NCBI GenBank assembly: GCA_002269645.1
Contig: NIVC01004762.1
Location: 1 to 35,678, forward strand
Direction: 5' to 3'
Length of the DNA: 35,678 nt
From: Macrostomum lignano
Taxonomy: Eukaryota
In this document: positions 21,616 to 33,163 of the stretch, in pieces
Position numbering within the stretch: position 1 is the first letter of the stretch
Layout of the letters: every line of letters begins with the position of its first letter
Notes under the pieces: model-generated
What the model was told of the DNA's origin: nothing
Database searches by the model: none
Seen by the model: only the letters and a program-made list of their open reading frames with translations
Position numbers and translations under genes: made by a program

Positions 21616-24600
21616 TCACTTGCGCGCCTGCGACGGCATCAGCCGGTGCCACCGCGCCGAGGCCCCCTTGGACTTGAGCATGTTCCACCAGTGCCGGTAC
21701 TCCTGGCCGCCCGTGTCCGGGCCCAGGTACACCCGGCCGACCTCCGTGCTGCTGAGGACACCCTCGTGGCAGACGGAGATCTCCAGGCAGCCGGAGCGCA
21801 GGTCCTCCTCTGGCACGCCGTTGAAGATGAGGGCCTCCTCCCAGACCGGGTTGCCGGCCATCTTGCAGTTGGAGCTCTTCTTCCGCTTGATCTTCTTGCC
21901 GCCCTGCATCGACAGGGTCGCGCGGACGGTGGCGTCTGCGGAGTCGCGGATTCGGGGGACTCTCAAGGGTACCGTGAGCAGCACTCGCGGTTTCAGGGTG
22001 ACTGTCAGAGAGAAGCGCAACTGCCTACATTGCTGGCGTGAGCTATTGGTTCCCAGAACTCACCACTGAGCGGTCTGTCCTTGGCCGGGTCGCGCAGGTT
22101 ACGAGCCTTGATGACGGAGATGCTGAGCCGTTTGGCTGCTGGCAGGTAGGACAGGGAGAACATCAGGTCGCCGATCTTGTGCTCCTGGGAAGCGGAATAG
22201 GTTTTCTAGTTCTCACCGGAGCTCAGCAGCTACTCTCTAGAATTTCTGAGGCTTTAATCCCCACAAGCAATCGAACCTTGTTGAGCTTTACGTTTGTCAT
22301 CACGAAATCTCAAGCCCGCAATTTTTCAGGCTACGCGAAATGTGTCGAATGGCGATGTTTTATTCAGGATGGCTCGTCTCCCCAGAGCCCCCCAGCTGCA
22401 CGAAAGCCAGTTCAATTTGCCCATCCCGACTCGAAGTCATTCTTCAAATACGGCCTCGTGTTTGTATTGCCCCGGTCCCCGCACTTGGACCTGACGTCCC
22501 CGCTGTCTGAGTGATGGAGTCGGGCTCGCATGGACTGAATTTCAGCGCACTGGCTGCTCCGAATGCTTTTTGGTCGGGCATCAAAAAGAAACTGGGCAGT
22601 TTTTAGGGCTGCCTGCGGCCTGTTTATCTTAACCACTGAGAACCTCCTTCCCAGCTGCAGCTGAGCATTTGAGTTGTTTTGGTTCAAGCGAGTTCACTTT
22701 ACCGGGTCCGGGTCCTTCTCAGTTGCGGACAGGCCCTTCCACAGCAGTTGCCGCTCGCTGAACTCCGCCTCGGACAGCGGCAGTTTCACCTGGCCGAGGC
22801 AGTCATCGAGCGAGCAGGGGTCATAGTCGAACACGGTGATCTCGAGCACGCTCCAGTTCAGGTCCTGTGGCTTCACCTCGAAGATGAACTCTTCCTCGAT
22901 TTCGGGGTTGAGCGTCTTCTTCTTCTTCTTCAGTCCTTTTCTCGCCTCGCGGCGTGGACGCTCTGCCGCCGACTCACTGGCAGGGGTTGAGCGTCTTCTT
23001 GTGTATCTTGGTTGTCGTCTGCGTCTTGCGGTTGGGCAGCACGGCCACGCGGCAGTACGGGTTGGCGAGGCCGCAGGAGCTGTCCTTGGGCTGCAGCTCA
23101 ATGGCCTGGATGATGCGCACCGTCAGGATGCCAGTCTCCTCCTTGTAGGCGACGGAGAAGTTCAGCTGGCCGAGATTCTCCTCCTGGATGCTCTGGATGG
23201 TGGCGTTGGCCTGATTGTACTGCGGGTGACGGCGGTGGGTGGTTCGGGTGCGACACCTGCTTTCGGCTCAAGTGGAACTTCAACCCCACAGTCCAGCCCC
23301 AACCCCACAGTCCAGCCCCAACCCCACAGTGCAGCCCCAACCCCACAGTGCAGCCCCTACTCCAGAGTCCAGCCCCAACCCCACAGTCCAGCCCCTACTC
23401 CACAGTCCAGCCCCAACCCCACAGTGCAGCTCCAAGCCCACAGTGCAGCTCCAAGCCCACAGTCCAGCCCCAACCCCACAGTCCAGCCCCTACTCCACAG
23501 TCCAGCCCCAACCCCACAGTGCAGCCCCAACCCCACAGTGCAGCCCCAACCCCACAGTGCAGCCCCAACCCCACAGTGCAGCTCCAAGCCCACAGTGCAG
23601 CCCCTACTCCACAGTCCAGCCCCTACTCCACAGTCCAGCCCCAACCCCACAGTGCAGCCCCTACTCCACAGTCCAGCCCCAACCTCACAGTCCAGCCCCA
23701 ACCCCACAGTGCAGCCCCTACTCCACAGTCCAGCCCCAACCCCACAGTGCAGCTCCAAGCCCACAGTCCAGCCCCTACTCCACAGTCCAGCCCCAACCCC
23801 ACAGTCCAGCCCCTACTCCACAGTCCAGCCCCAACCCCACAGTCCAGCCCCAACCCCACAGTCCAGCCCCAACCCCACAGTGCAGCTCCAAGCCCCCACA
23901 GTCCAACACAAACCCCCACAGTCCAACACAAACCCCCACAGTCCAGCACAAAGCCCCACAGTCCAACACAAACCCCCACAGTCCAGCACAAACCCCCACA
24001 GTCCAACACAAACCCCCACAGTCCAACACAAACCCCCACAGTCCAACACAAACCCCCACAGTCCAACACAAACCCCCACAGTCCAACACAAACCCCCACA
24101 GTCCAACACAAACCCCCACAGTCCAACACAAACCCCCACAGTCCAACACAAACCCCCACAGTCCAACACAAACCCCCACAGTCCAACACAAACCCCCACA
24201 GTCCAACACAAACCCCCACAGTCCAACACAAACCCCCACAGTCCAACACAAACCCCCACAGTCCAACACAAACCCCCTCAGTCCAGCTCCAACCCCCACA
24301 GTCCAGCTCCAACCCCCACAGTCCAGCTCCAACCCCCACAGTCAAACTCCAACCCTTGCAGTCCAACTAAAATCCAACTCCAACTGCTCAGAGAGTTTGC
24401 TGGGATCAGCTGTCTACTAGGAGCAGAATTTTCCAGACTGCCGGAAGACGCTTCTGGAGGCTGAACCCAAATCCTGGAAGTCACTCTGCTAACTTTATGT
24501 CAACAATAAATTTGCTGTCTCGACGTGACGATGAGGCCGTGTCTCAGCTGCGGTCCAGCTGCCAGACCCACCTCCCGTCTCCTTCTCAGAGTCGTCGGTG

Positions 24601-25617
24601 AGCTACGCAAATGTTTGACCGCGGAGACTGAGCTGGCGGCGCCGAGTTTTCTGTGGCCGCCGCATCCGCTGTCAGCGCAGCCTCCTGATCTAATTATACT
24701 AATTGTGCCCGCCGCGCTCCCCTACGCCTTCGCAACCCTTCTTTTGCCTCACTTTCACCCTTCCTCTACTCACCTTTGACGCACCTAGCATCCCTTTCAG
24801 CGAGTAATCCCTCCCATCTCCCACTCGCTCCCTATGCTGCCCCTGTCTGCGCTTCTTCCGCCCTAATCCTAACCTTTTTTGCAGCTCTCCCCTCCCCGCC
24901 ATCTGTCTCCGGCTGCCTCTCGTTATTTAAGCTTTCCCAAGGCTTACTTTTCATTGGCTTTCATCGCAGCCCTAGCATATGAGGGACATCCTGTCTCCCA
25001 GCCAGCAGTTCCTGTCTCCCAGCTCAGCAGTTCCTGTCTCCCAGCCAGCAGTTCCTGTCTTCCAGCCAGCAGTTCCTGTCTCCCAGCCAGCAGTTCCTGT
25101 CTCCCAGCCAGCAGTTCCTGTCTCCCAGCCAGCAGTTCCTGTCTCCCAGCTCAGCAGTTCCTGTCTCCCAGCCAGCAGTTCCTGTCTTCCAGCCAGCAGT
25201 TCCTGTCTCCCAGCCAGCAGTTCCTGTCTCCCAGCTCAGCAGTTCCTGTCTGCTGGGGGTACCAGCTGGGGTACCAGATCAGCAGTTCCAGTTTGCTGGG
25301 GTACCAGCTGAGGTACCAGCTCAGCAGTTCCAGTCTGCTGGGGTACCAGCTGAGGTACCAGCTCAGCAGTTCCAGTCTGCTGGGGGTACCAGCTGAGTTA
25401 CCAGCTCAGCAACTCACCAGTTTGCTGTAAAGGTCGGCGTTGATCTTGGAAGCGTCGATGGCGTCCTGCATGCTGGCCCGCCGGCGCTCGCGTCGAAACT
25501 CGCCGCCGGGACTGGCGACCTTCGCCCGACCGCTGCCGCCGCCGCCGCCACCGCCGCCGCCGTCGGCCGCTGACATGCCGGTGGCCGGAGATTTCTCAGC
25601 TTCGTGCAGCGAGGACA
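21616..25617 (-). CDS. Synaptotagmin-like tandem C2A-C2B protein, core exons: 25617-25418, 23219-22978, 22940-22703, 22184-22064, 21935-21616
   Basis: C2A: NLGQLNFSVAY...LTVRIIQA...ANPYCRV...KKTLNP...FIF...TVFDYD...LGQV. C2B: GDLMFSLSYLPAAKRLSISVIKARNL...NPVWEEALIF...VGRVYLG...HWWNML...WHRL. Junctions are GT-AG and phase-compatible. The C2A exon is split by an insertion (see findings), so the 22941-22977 intron is hypothetical. Confidence 0.85.
22922..22982 (-). mobile_element. 61-bp insertion with 18-bp target-site duplication and (AAG)n tail; probable 5'-truncated non-LTR element
   Basis: GGGGTTGAGCGTCTTCTT is present exactly at 22904-22921 and 22983-23000, duplicating the KKTLNP codons. 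On the minus strand the insert ends ...GGACTG(AAG)3. Confidence 0.7.
23279..24365. repeat. Compound minisatellite: 19-bp unit (CCCCACAGTCCAGCCCCAA) changing to a 20-bp unit (CCCCACAGTCCAACACAAAC)
   Basis: Direct read; the unit switches near 23890. It is intronic and generates several spurious ORFs. Confidence 0.97.
24985..25410. repeat. 21-bp repeat (CCTGTCTCCCAGCCAGCAGTT) followed by a ~42-bp repeat next to a splice donor
   Basis: Direct read; the array ends next to the donor at 25417. Confidence 0.92.
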
Positions 25618-26502
25618 CTGAACTCTGGCCGGAGCCTGGAAGACAGCGGGCAGAGCAAAGTGATGAGGCTTGGGAAGCTGGACTGAGCAGCCGGAACTGC
25701 TAACAGCTTTTAGAGGAGACTGGGCATTTTGATGCAGCCAATGAGAAGGCGAGCAGCATTTTCCTCCTCTCCGTCCCTCCTCTGCTCCGTCTGTCCCTCC
25801 AAACTACCCGCGGCGGGCCGAAAGTCCTTTGCTGCTGCCGCGCCCGCTCGGTGAAAGAGGTTTTGAAGGCAGGGATTAGGAGGCGCGATGCTCTACGGCC
25901 AGAGATTTGCCAGATCAAAGACAGGCGGCGGGTCGGCCCGCGCCAATTCGATCTGGGGCGGCGGGGGGGCAGGGCGGACAAGTGACTTCCCGTTGGCATC
26001 AATCATGCATGGGGCAGCGGGCCGGCTCAAGCCCCCCAAGCTCTAAACTTCACTCCCGCCCGTCTCCTACTGATGAGGCGCCTTCCCCCCCCCCCTCTAG
26101 CCGCCTCCAAGCTTCTCCCGTGCCGCTCCTGTCGCCACAAAGGCGGACGTTGGGTCGGCTCGCTTCTTGAGTTGCTTCCCCGGGAAGGTGAGGCGCCTGC
26201 CGCCTACTCCGGCTTCCCCCACGGCGCCGGTTGGCCCGAGAGAAGATTATCAGTAATCCGCCCGCGGAGAAACTCGAGCTTGGGCGGACCTGGCCAAGCT
26301 CTCCATTTGCAGTTCTCAGTTGCAGTCCCCTGGCGACTGCACCGCGCCCGGCACTTCTCTATCCCTGTTTGACCTGCATTGCCAGTGCTGGGGTTTCCAC
26401 CGCCAAGGCCTCCACAAGTGGTGAGGAGTTGAAAAGCATTTTTCTCACCCTGTCCGGCGTTTCATAACCCACGGCAGCTGCAATTTCTCCTGTGAAGCTC
26501 AC

Positions 26503-26651
26503 CTAGAATCTCCGGCATGCCCAGGACAGCGTTGGCAAGGCTGAGGGCCCGCTTTCTGAGGCCCAGCGGCACCGGGCTGCTGCCGCGAGGCTCTGCGACT
26601 CCGGCACCGGCGAAGAGGCATTGCGCGGGCTCGGCGAGCTGTTGCTGAGGC
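26503..26651 (-). CDS. Probable upstream exon of the synaptotagmin-like gene (GLSNSSPSPRNASSPVPESQSL / GSSPVPLGLRKRALSLANAVLGMPEIL), with one apparent 1-bp deletion
   Basis: CCCAG acceptor and GTGAGC donor. It becomes a symmetric phase-1 exon if one base is restored near 26586. Confidence 0.55.
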
Positions 26652-26781
26652 CTGGGTTGCAGTGGGTGTTTATTACTGAGGACTGGGTTGCAGTGGGTGT
26701 TTATTACTGAGGACTGGGTTGCAGTGGGTGTTTATTACTGAGGCCTGGGTTGCAGTGGGTGTTTATTACTAAGAACTGGGT
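26646..26781. repeat. 31-bp minisatellite x4 overlapping a splice acceptor
   Basis: Unit TGAGG(C/A)CTGGGTTGCAGTGGGTGTTTATTAC (starts at 26646, 26677...). Confidence 0.93.
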
Positions 26782-28449
26782 TTATGCATAGAAAATTTCC
26801 GGCCGGGAGCACAAAAGCATTCGGGGTCAAATACCAGCAATAAGCAAGCCAATCTCTAATTTTCATCCCGCAGAGTCTAAACAGATGCACGAATGCTTTT
26901 CACCTACTCATAGTAGTTGCAGTACTGACAGAATTCTCGCTAATGAGTCAGTTTTGTAACAGTTTGAATGCCAAATGCGAGCGACTCAAAGTCTCAGCTG
27001 TTAGCCTCGGTGAAACCCGACCCAGATGAAGGCGGATCGATATCTGTGGAGGCTGGGATGAGCGAGTCGAGCAGGCATCAGCGAATCAATCAGGTGTGCG
27101 ACTTCTGCACGAGAGTCTTGAGAGCCATCTGAGTTCCTGCTGCACTTTTAAGCAGCGCGGCAGGAGCTGTTGGGCAGGTGATTAATCCCGGGCAGAACTG
27201 CTCGGCTATGAATCCCATTATCCGCACTCAGCTCTGCTATCCCCCGCTTACAGTGAGCTGGGCAGCCGGCCGGCTCACTCTACGTGACATCCTGACGGCC
27301 CGGAGCACCGCCTCGGCTCCGAGCTGCTTCTATATAAGAGGGCCGGACGGCCGCCAGCCTGCTGCAACACGCAGACAAAACAGAGCCCCATTGATATTGC
27401 CAATCAACCAGCAGGATGCGGTAATTACCAGCCTCCCTGCTCCGCCTTACGTTTCCCTTTTCCCACGGACTCAAGTCCCAACGGGGCATCGGGGCTTGCA
27501 GCTTCTCGGCCTCCTCTCCCTCCTTGCCGAGTCCCCCCGGCTCGCGTGCGTCTCTGCAGCCTTCCAGCGCAGAAATTAATCAAAAGCCGCTTTGCAAGTT
27601 TGCCGCCTGCTGGCAACAGTTGGCCTTGCCGCCAGCCTCCTCATTGTCAACATCCTCTCTCACGACTCCCATTGTCAGTTGCTTGTTTCTCCTCAGCGCA
27701 CCTGGATGCACTTCAGCACCAGCAGCTGCTGTGTGTCTATTTTGCTGAATCCCAGAAATTGATGCACATGGACAGGAAAACTGCTCTCTGCTTTCCCATC
27801 TTTTGCAAGTTGTTGCAATTCTCTGCTTTGTGGGCGAAATGTCGATCCAAACTTGCTCTTGCAGTGCTCTCCTACCTGCTGCTCTGCCGCTCCGCCCCTG
27901 ACTGACGCCAGCCATGGCTAGCAGAGCTTAGTGCCCGGTTCAGTCAGGGCCACTTTATCTGATTAATTATTTGTCTTTTTGATATTCAATTCTTCTTAAA
28001 CTTCCGGTTGCTCGTTCGGCCGGGATCGCCGAGAGGAGAGGCTTAGGGCGCTGGCTTTCCCTCGCATTTCTTCAAAGCAAAAATGCAAAGCATCCGACCT
28101 GAAAATAAGCAGATAGGGAACTTCAGCGCTCGTAGCTCTTGTGAGCCTCAATACTGCACCGCGGAATCGAACCCGGGACCCTCAGCCACTGCACCGCAAA
28201 AAAATGGTCGATTGTCTTGATAACTACAGATCGGGTGAGGCCTGCACCTGCTGTTGCCCGCCCGGCCAGCCTCTGCTCCTCATCCAGCCCGAGGCAGATA
28301 AAGAGTAGCTGATAAAAAGCCGGAGCAAAAAGAAGAAGCAAATCCACAAACGGGACGCCTCTCTCAAAGTAGCAGCTTGAATTCCACTTGCCGATGCGCT
28401 TTCAAGTGTCTTTTATCGGACTTGAAGTCGGGCGGTAAACTGCTACAGG

Positions 28450-28748
<299 letters not shown>

Positions 28749-28803
28749 AACATGGAGCTTTCTTCGTATTCTATGGGAATTCACATTGCCAATGATTCGA
28801 GAT

Positions 28804-29046
28804 CCTCACATTCCCGAATCTTCACATTCCTGAATCTTCACATTCCCGAATCTTCACATTCCCGAATCTTCACATTCCCCAATCTTTACATTCCCAAATC
28901 CTCACATTCCCCAATCTTCACATTCTCCAATCTTCACATTCCCGAATCTTCACATTCCCCAATCTTTACATTCCCAAATCCTCACATTCCCCAATCTTCA
29001 CATTCTCCAATCTTCACATTCCCGAATCTTCACATTCCCCGAATTT
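28804..29046. repeat. 16-bp degenerate repeat CACATTCCCGAATCTT
   Basis: Direct read. Confidence 0.92.
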
Positions 29047-29440
29047 CACTCCCCTGGAGCAGCAGCCCGTCATGACAGCAGAAGTGAGCAGTTCTGCAAG
29101 TGCTCAGCGCTTTGGGAAATGATAAAGTGCGTCACTTATCTTCAAGCAGACGAAGTGAAAATTTGGGAGCACGAGAGCCACCAGAATGAGTAGACGATAA
29201 TTTTAGTTTTCTAGTTTGAGAGGATCAAGCTAGGCTGGTTGCTCAAATTGATGTAGAAATTTTCAGCAAAAAGTTTTTGAAACTTGAGAGCGGCTGCTCG
29301 CAGCGGGGGTCCCTACGGTGCCGCTGGGGTGGCGGAGTTTCCAGGACTCAGGCTGAGGGCTGCTTGCCGCCGCCCAGTGCATCAGGGTGAGCCAGACACG
29401 GCTGGTCTGTCAGCTGGGTCAGAGCGGGTGCCTGCCGGAT

Positions 29441-30285
29441 ATCAGCTGGGGTCACTTTAGGGTGTCAGCTGGGGTCACTTCAGGATGTCATCTGGGGTCA
29501 CTTCAGAGTGTCAGCTGGGGTCACTTCAGGGTGTCAGCTGAGGGCACTTCAGAGTGCCAGCTGGGGGGGCACTTCACGGTGTCATTGGGGTCACTTTGGG
29601 TGTCAGCTGGAGTCACTTTAGGGTGTCAGCTGGGGTCACTTCAGAGTATCAGATAGAGATGTCAGTAGAAATGTCAGTAGAAATATCAGTAGAAATGCCG
29701 GTAGAAATTTCAGTAGACATGTCAGAAGAAATGTCAGTAGAAGTGTCAGTAGACATGTCAGAAGAAATGTCAGTAGACATGTCAGTAGAAATGTCAGCAG
29801 AGATGCCGGAACTCGCCCCGCAGAGGCCGCTGTGCAGTCACTGCTGGTGTGCGAGAAGTCAGCGGCTGAGCTGAGCTGCCCGGCGGGCGCCATCCAGACG
29901 GAGTTCGCCATGTTCGGCAAGTCGGACGAGTTCAGCACGGCCTGCACCAGGACAACCAGCAGCCTGAACAACTGCTGGAGCCCGAACTCCCTGAGCTTCG
30001 TGCGGGCGCAGTGCGACGCTCGGCAGAGCTGCAGCTTCGTGGCCAGCAACGACAACTTCGGCGGCGACCCGTGCCCTGGCAACTACAAGTACCTGTTCGC
30101 CAACTACACCTGCCAAGGTGAGGCAGCAGCTTGATTGATTGACAGGAGGTGAATCACTCAGAGTGTCAGATAGGGTCACTTCAGGGTGTCAGCTGGGGGC
30201 ACTGCAGGGTGTCAGCTATGGGGCACTGCAGGATGTCAGCTGGGGTCACTTCAGGGTGTCAGCTGGGGGGGCACTGCAGGGTTGA
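29441..30285. repeat. ~23-bp minisatellite (GTCAGCTGGGGTCACTTCAGGGT), split in two by a 501-bp lectin-exon insertion
   Basis: The same unit occupies 29441-29656 and 30158-30285. Confidence 0.88.
29824..30134 (+). CDS. Intact copy of a SUEL-type (D-galactoside/L-rhamnose-binding) lectin exon; no matching signal-peptide exon found upstream (partial duplicate)
   Basis: VCEKSAAELSCPAGAIQTEFAMFGK...C...C...V...CDARQSCSFVASNDNFGGDPCPGNYKYLFANYTC matches the SUEL eight-Cys pattern with FGxDPCxGxxKYL. Acceptor CCCCGCAG at 29823. Confidence 0.75.
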
Positions 30286-31050
30286 ACACTTGAGGTGTGA
30301 ATTCGAAATGCTACTTAAGCGTGCTCAAGAGCGCACTCTATTATAAAATTACACGCGCTGTTTATTCACCAATTTGCCTTCTTAAAAAGCATCTCATAAA
30401 ATATTAGAACTGTTGTAAAACAATGCTGGGCAGGTGGAGACCCTCGGCAGCAGAGGCGCAGGGAAGGCCCGGGCAGCTGGACTTTCTCTTGGACTCACCG
30501 CAGCCGAAGCAACAAATTAAAAAATTCCCTTTGCGTTTTTGACATTTCCTTTAGGCTCGGCGGGCTGTCGGCGCCGGCTTGACCCCCCCCCCCCGGCCCC
30601 CCGGCCGAGTTCATCAACTCTTATGAGAGCTGGGGGTCTTCGGGTTGCTAATTTGGGAAGTTCTCCTGGGCCCGGCCGCTCTCAAGAATCCTTCATCATT
30701 TCTGCGTCGCTCGCTGCTGAGAGGACCGGCCGGGGCTGCCCGGTTCAACAGCCGATTTCGACCTCTAATTAGGCGGCGAGGGAGTTGCTACCCGGAAAGG
30801 CGAAACTCGCCAACTTCGCGACATCAAATCTCGCTTTTAACTGCGCTGTCGAAGTTGTCAAGCTCTGGCCTTTGGGACCCTGCGCCCTGTAGGAAATGTG
30901 CAGGACAAGCAGGACAACAGCAGGATGTCGGGGGGACTGCTGGCTTTTGCGTCTTCATCAATGCAGGACCGGACGGAGATACACAGAGACAGGGGCGTGA
31001 CAGAGCTGATGCCCAGAAAGAGAAAGACAACACAGAGACGCGACAGAAGA

Positions 31051-31380
31051 GGACAGATCAGTAACACGGTGGACAGGACAGATCAGTGCGCAGTAGACAG
31101 GACAGGAAGGACAGGACAGATCAGCACACGGTGGACAGGACAGATCAGTGCACGGTGGACAGGACAGGACAGGACAGGAAAGATCAGCACACGGTGGACA
31201 GGACAGATCAGTGCACGGTGGACAGGACAAAACAGGACAGATCAGCACATGGTGGACAGGACAGAACAGGGCAGGTCAGCACACGGTGGACAGGACGGAA
31301 CAGGGCAGATTAGCACACGGTGGACAGGACAGAACAGGACAGATCAGCATATGGTGGACAGGACGGAACAGGGCAGGTCA
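31051..31380. repeat. Degenerate purine-rich repeat (GGACAGGACAGATCAGCACACGGT family)
   Basis: Direct read. Confidence 0.9.
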
Positions 31381-31393
31381 GGCCAACCTAAAC

Positions 31394-31720
31394 TGTAAAA
31401 CAGGCGGCCTGTGCCAGAGAGCACGGGTAGCCGGCTGAATTCCTGCTGTAAACAGGCGGCCTGTGCCAGAGAGCACGGGTAGCCGGCTGAATTCCTGCTG
31501 TAAACAGGCGGCCTGTGCCGGAGAGCACGGGTAGCCGGCTGAATTCCAGCTGTAAACAGGCGGCCTGTGCCGGAGAGCACGGGTAGCCGGCTGAATTCCT
31601 GCTGTAAACAGGCGGCCTGTGCCGGAGAGCACGGGTAGCCGGCTGAATTCCAGCTGTAAACAGGCGGCCTGTGCCGGAGAGCACGGGTAGCCGGCTGAAT
31701 TCCAGCTGTAAACAGGCGGC
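31394..31720. repeat. 52-bp minisatellite, six copies plus a partial one
   Basis: Unit TGTAAACAGGCGGCCTGTGCCGGAGAGCACGGGTAGCCGGCTGAATTCCTGC (starts at 31447, 31499...). Confidence 0.96.
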
Positions 31721-32218
31721 CCTCCTCCCAAGCAATTTTCGGCCTTTGTGAGCCGCCCTCCTCCCTGAGGGGCCTCCGGCGCAGGGAATTGAAGGGGAGC
31801 GGCCAGGCGTGTCCCCCGGGCTTCTCGGTGCCCCCCGCGGCAGTTTCAAGCAGCTCAGCTTATCCAGCCGAGACCCACTGAAAAAAAGCGAACTTTCATA
31901 TTTTTAGTGGGAATTTCTTCTCTTGAGTGTTGCTCAGGGGCCGCTTGCGGTGCCCGGCTCAATTAGCTTAGCTAGTTTGCCAGGCTGTTGGCAAGGAGAC
32001 TGCGGCTCCTCATTGTCAGATGCCTCAACTGTTGATGCGGGGCGCAGATTACTGCTCGCCCTGAGTAGGCCCTGGCGATGGATGCTGCCCCTCATTATTT
32101 CCCTCTGTGGCGGGCGAATCTCCAGCACAGCACGGGCCTCTAGTTTGCCACTCCTCCTCCTCATCCCTGCTACTCAGCAATTAAAAGTACAAGCTGGCAG
32201 GCAGGTGCCCCGACTCAC

Positions 32219-32554
32219 CGGGCGGCGGCTGCCGGGCCAGGCGGGCCTGCATGACGCGGAGGTCCCGCAGCGAGTCCTCCAGGCGCTTGTCGAACACCTC
32301 CGACTCGCCCGGCGCCGGGTGGCGAATCGGCGCCTTCGCGACGGCGACAGCGAGGCGGCGTCGGAGAAGCTCGACCGCTTCGGCGCCAATCGGGTCGGGT
32401 CGCAGCCGTCAACTGCCGAGCCGCCGCCAGCGCCACCGCCGCCGACACCGGTGCCGTTGTCTCCGCCGAGGCCGGAATCCGCGGCGCTGTGCGTGCCGAC
32501 GCCGCGGAAGCTGGAGCAGCGCCGGGCGCCGACGCCGCTGGTCAGTTGGTGCAT
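32219..32554 (-). CDS. Probable first coding exon of the synaptotagmin-like gene, with one apparent 1-bp deletion near 32405
   Basis: gccATG start and GTGAGT donor. Restoring one base gives ...GSAVDGLRPDPIGAEAVELLRRRLAVAVAK...EVFDKRLEDSLRDLRVMQARLARQPPP with GC3-rich codons, ending in phase 1, compatible with the downstream exons. Confidence 0.55.
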
Positions 32555-33163
32555 GGCGCCGGTCCAAATTAGCAGTTGGCGCGGCCTCAATCAATTCTTG
32601 CTTATCTTCATCCGCCGCCGCAATTAGCGAGCCGGAGGCAGGCAGTGGCCGGCCCGGCCAGTTGCTGGCTGTGTTTTTGAGCCTCCCTGCTCAGCCCCTC
32701 ATTGGCTGCCAGCGGGGAGGCGCGCCGGAGACGAGAGCCACAGTAGAGACGGGGGGAGAAGAAGCAGCAAGATATCGGCTGAGGGAAGTTGTCCCACCCT
32801 CTTCTTTGCCTGGAGTTTTAGCGCGCTTTTCCCGTACTCTCGAGTCTTCCCGTGCTGTCTTCCCGCAGACGCGGCTGTCTTGTTTGTCTCTCCCGCCCTC
32901 CGGCGCTGCCGCGGGAAGCATAAGGCTGAGCCTGCTGTTTTCGATCCTGAGCTGTCATTCAAAATTCAGCGGCTTGGGGATATTTTACCCTTTCTTTAGG
33001 GGATGCATTTCAGCCCCGCCTCTCTGCCGAACTCAGACCTGATCGAGAAAGTCGTTAGGGATCTTTTTGTTACCTGAGCTGGGCAGGTCGATTTCTGTAC
33101 TGAGAATTATCATGAGAATGATAATTATCCACTAATATAGATGAGCCCCTTCTCATGTTGATA

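Noticed and set aside
15959-25430. Long ORFs 15959-16606, 18116-18877, 18240-18791, 22836-24464, 23239-24420 and 24879-25430
   Set aside because: These are translations of stop-poor minisatellites inside introns.
27425-27915. Alternative first exon of the synaptotagmin-like gene (MGVVREDVDNEE…; donor AAAC|GTAAGG near 27450)
   Set aside because: It needs an additional assumed frameshift and has no homology support; it cannot be confirmed without cDNA.
29657-29823. 12-bp repeats read in frame with the lectin as poly-(N-V-S-R) glycosylation sequons (also 34007-34195)
   Set aside because: Two of three frames of this unit are open by composition alone, and no phase-1 acceptor upstream of the array fits the signal-peptide exon, so it is treated as intron.
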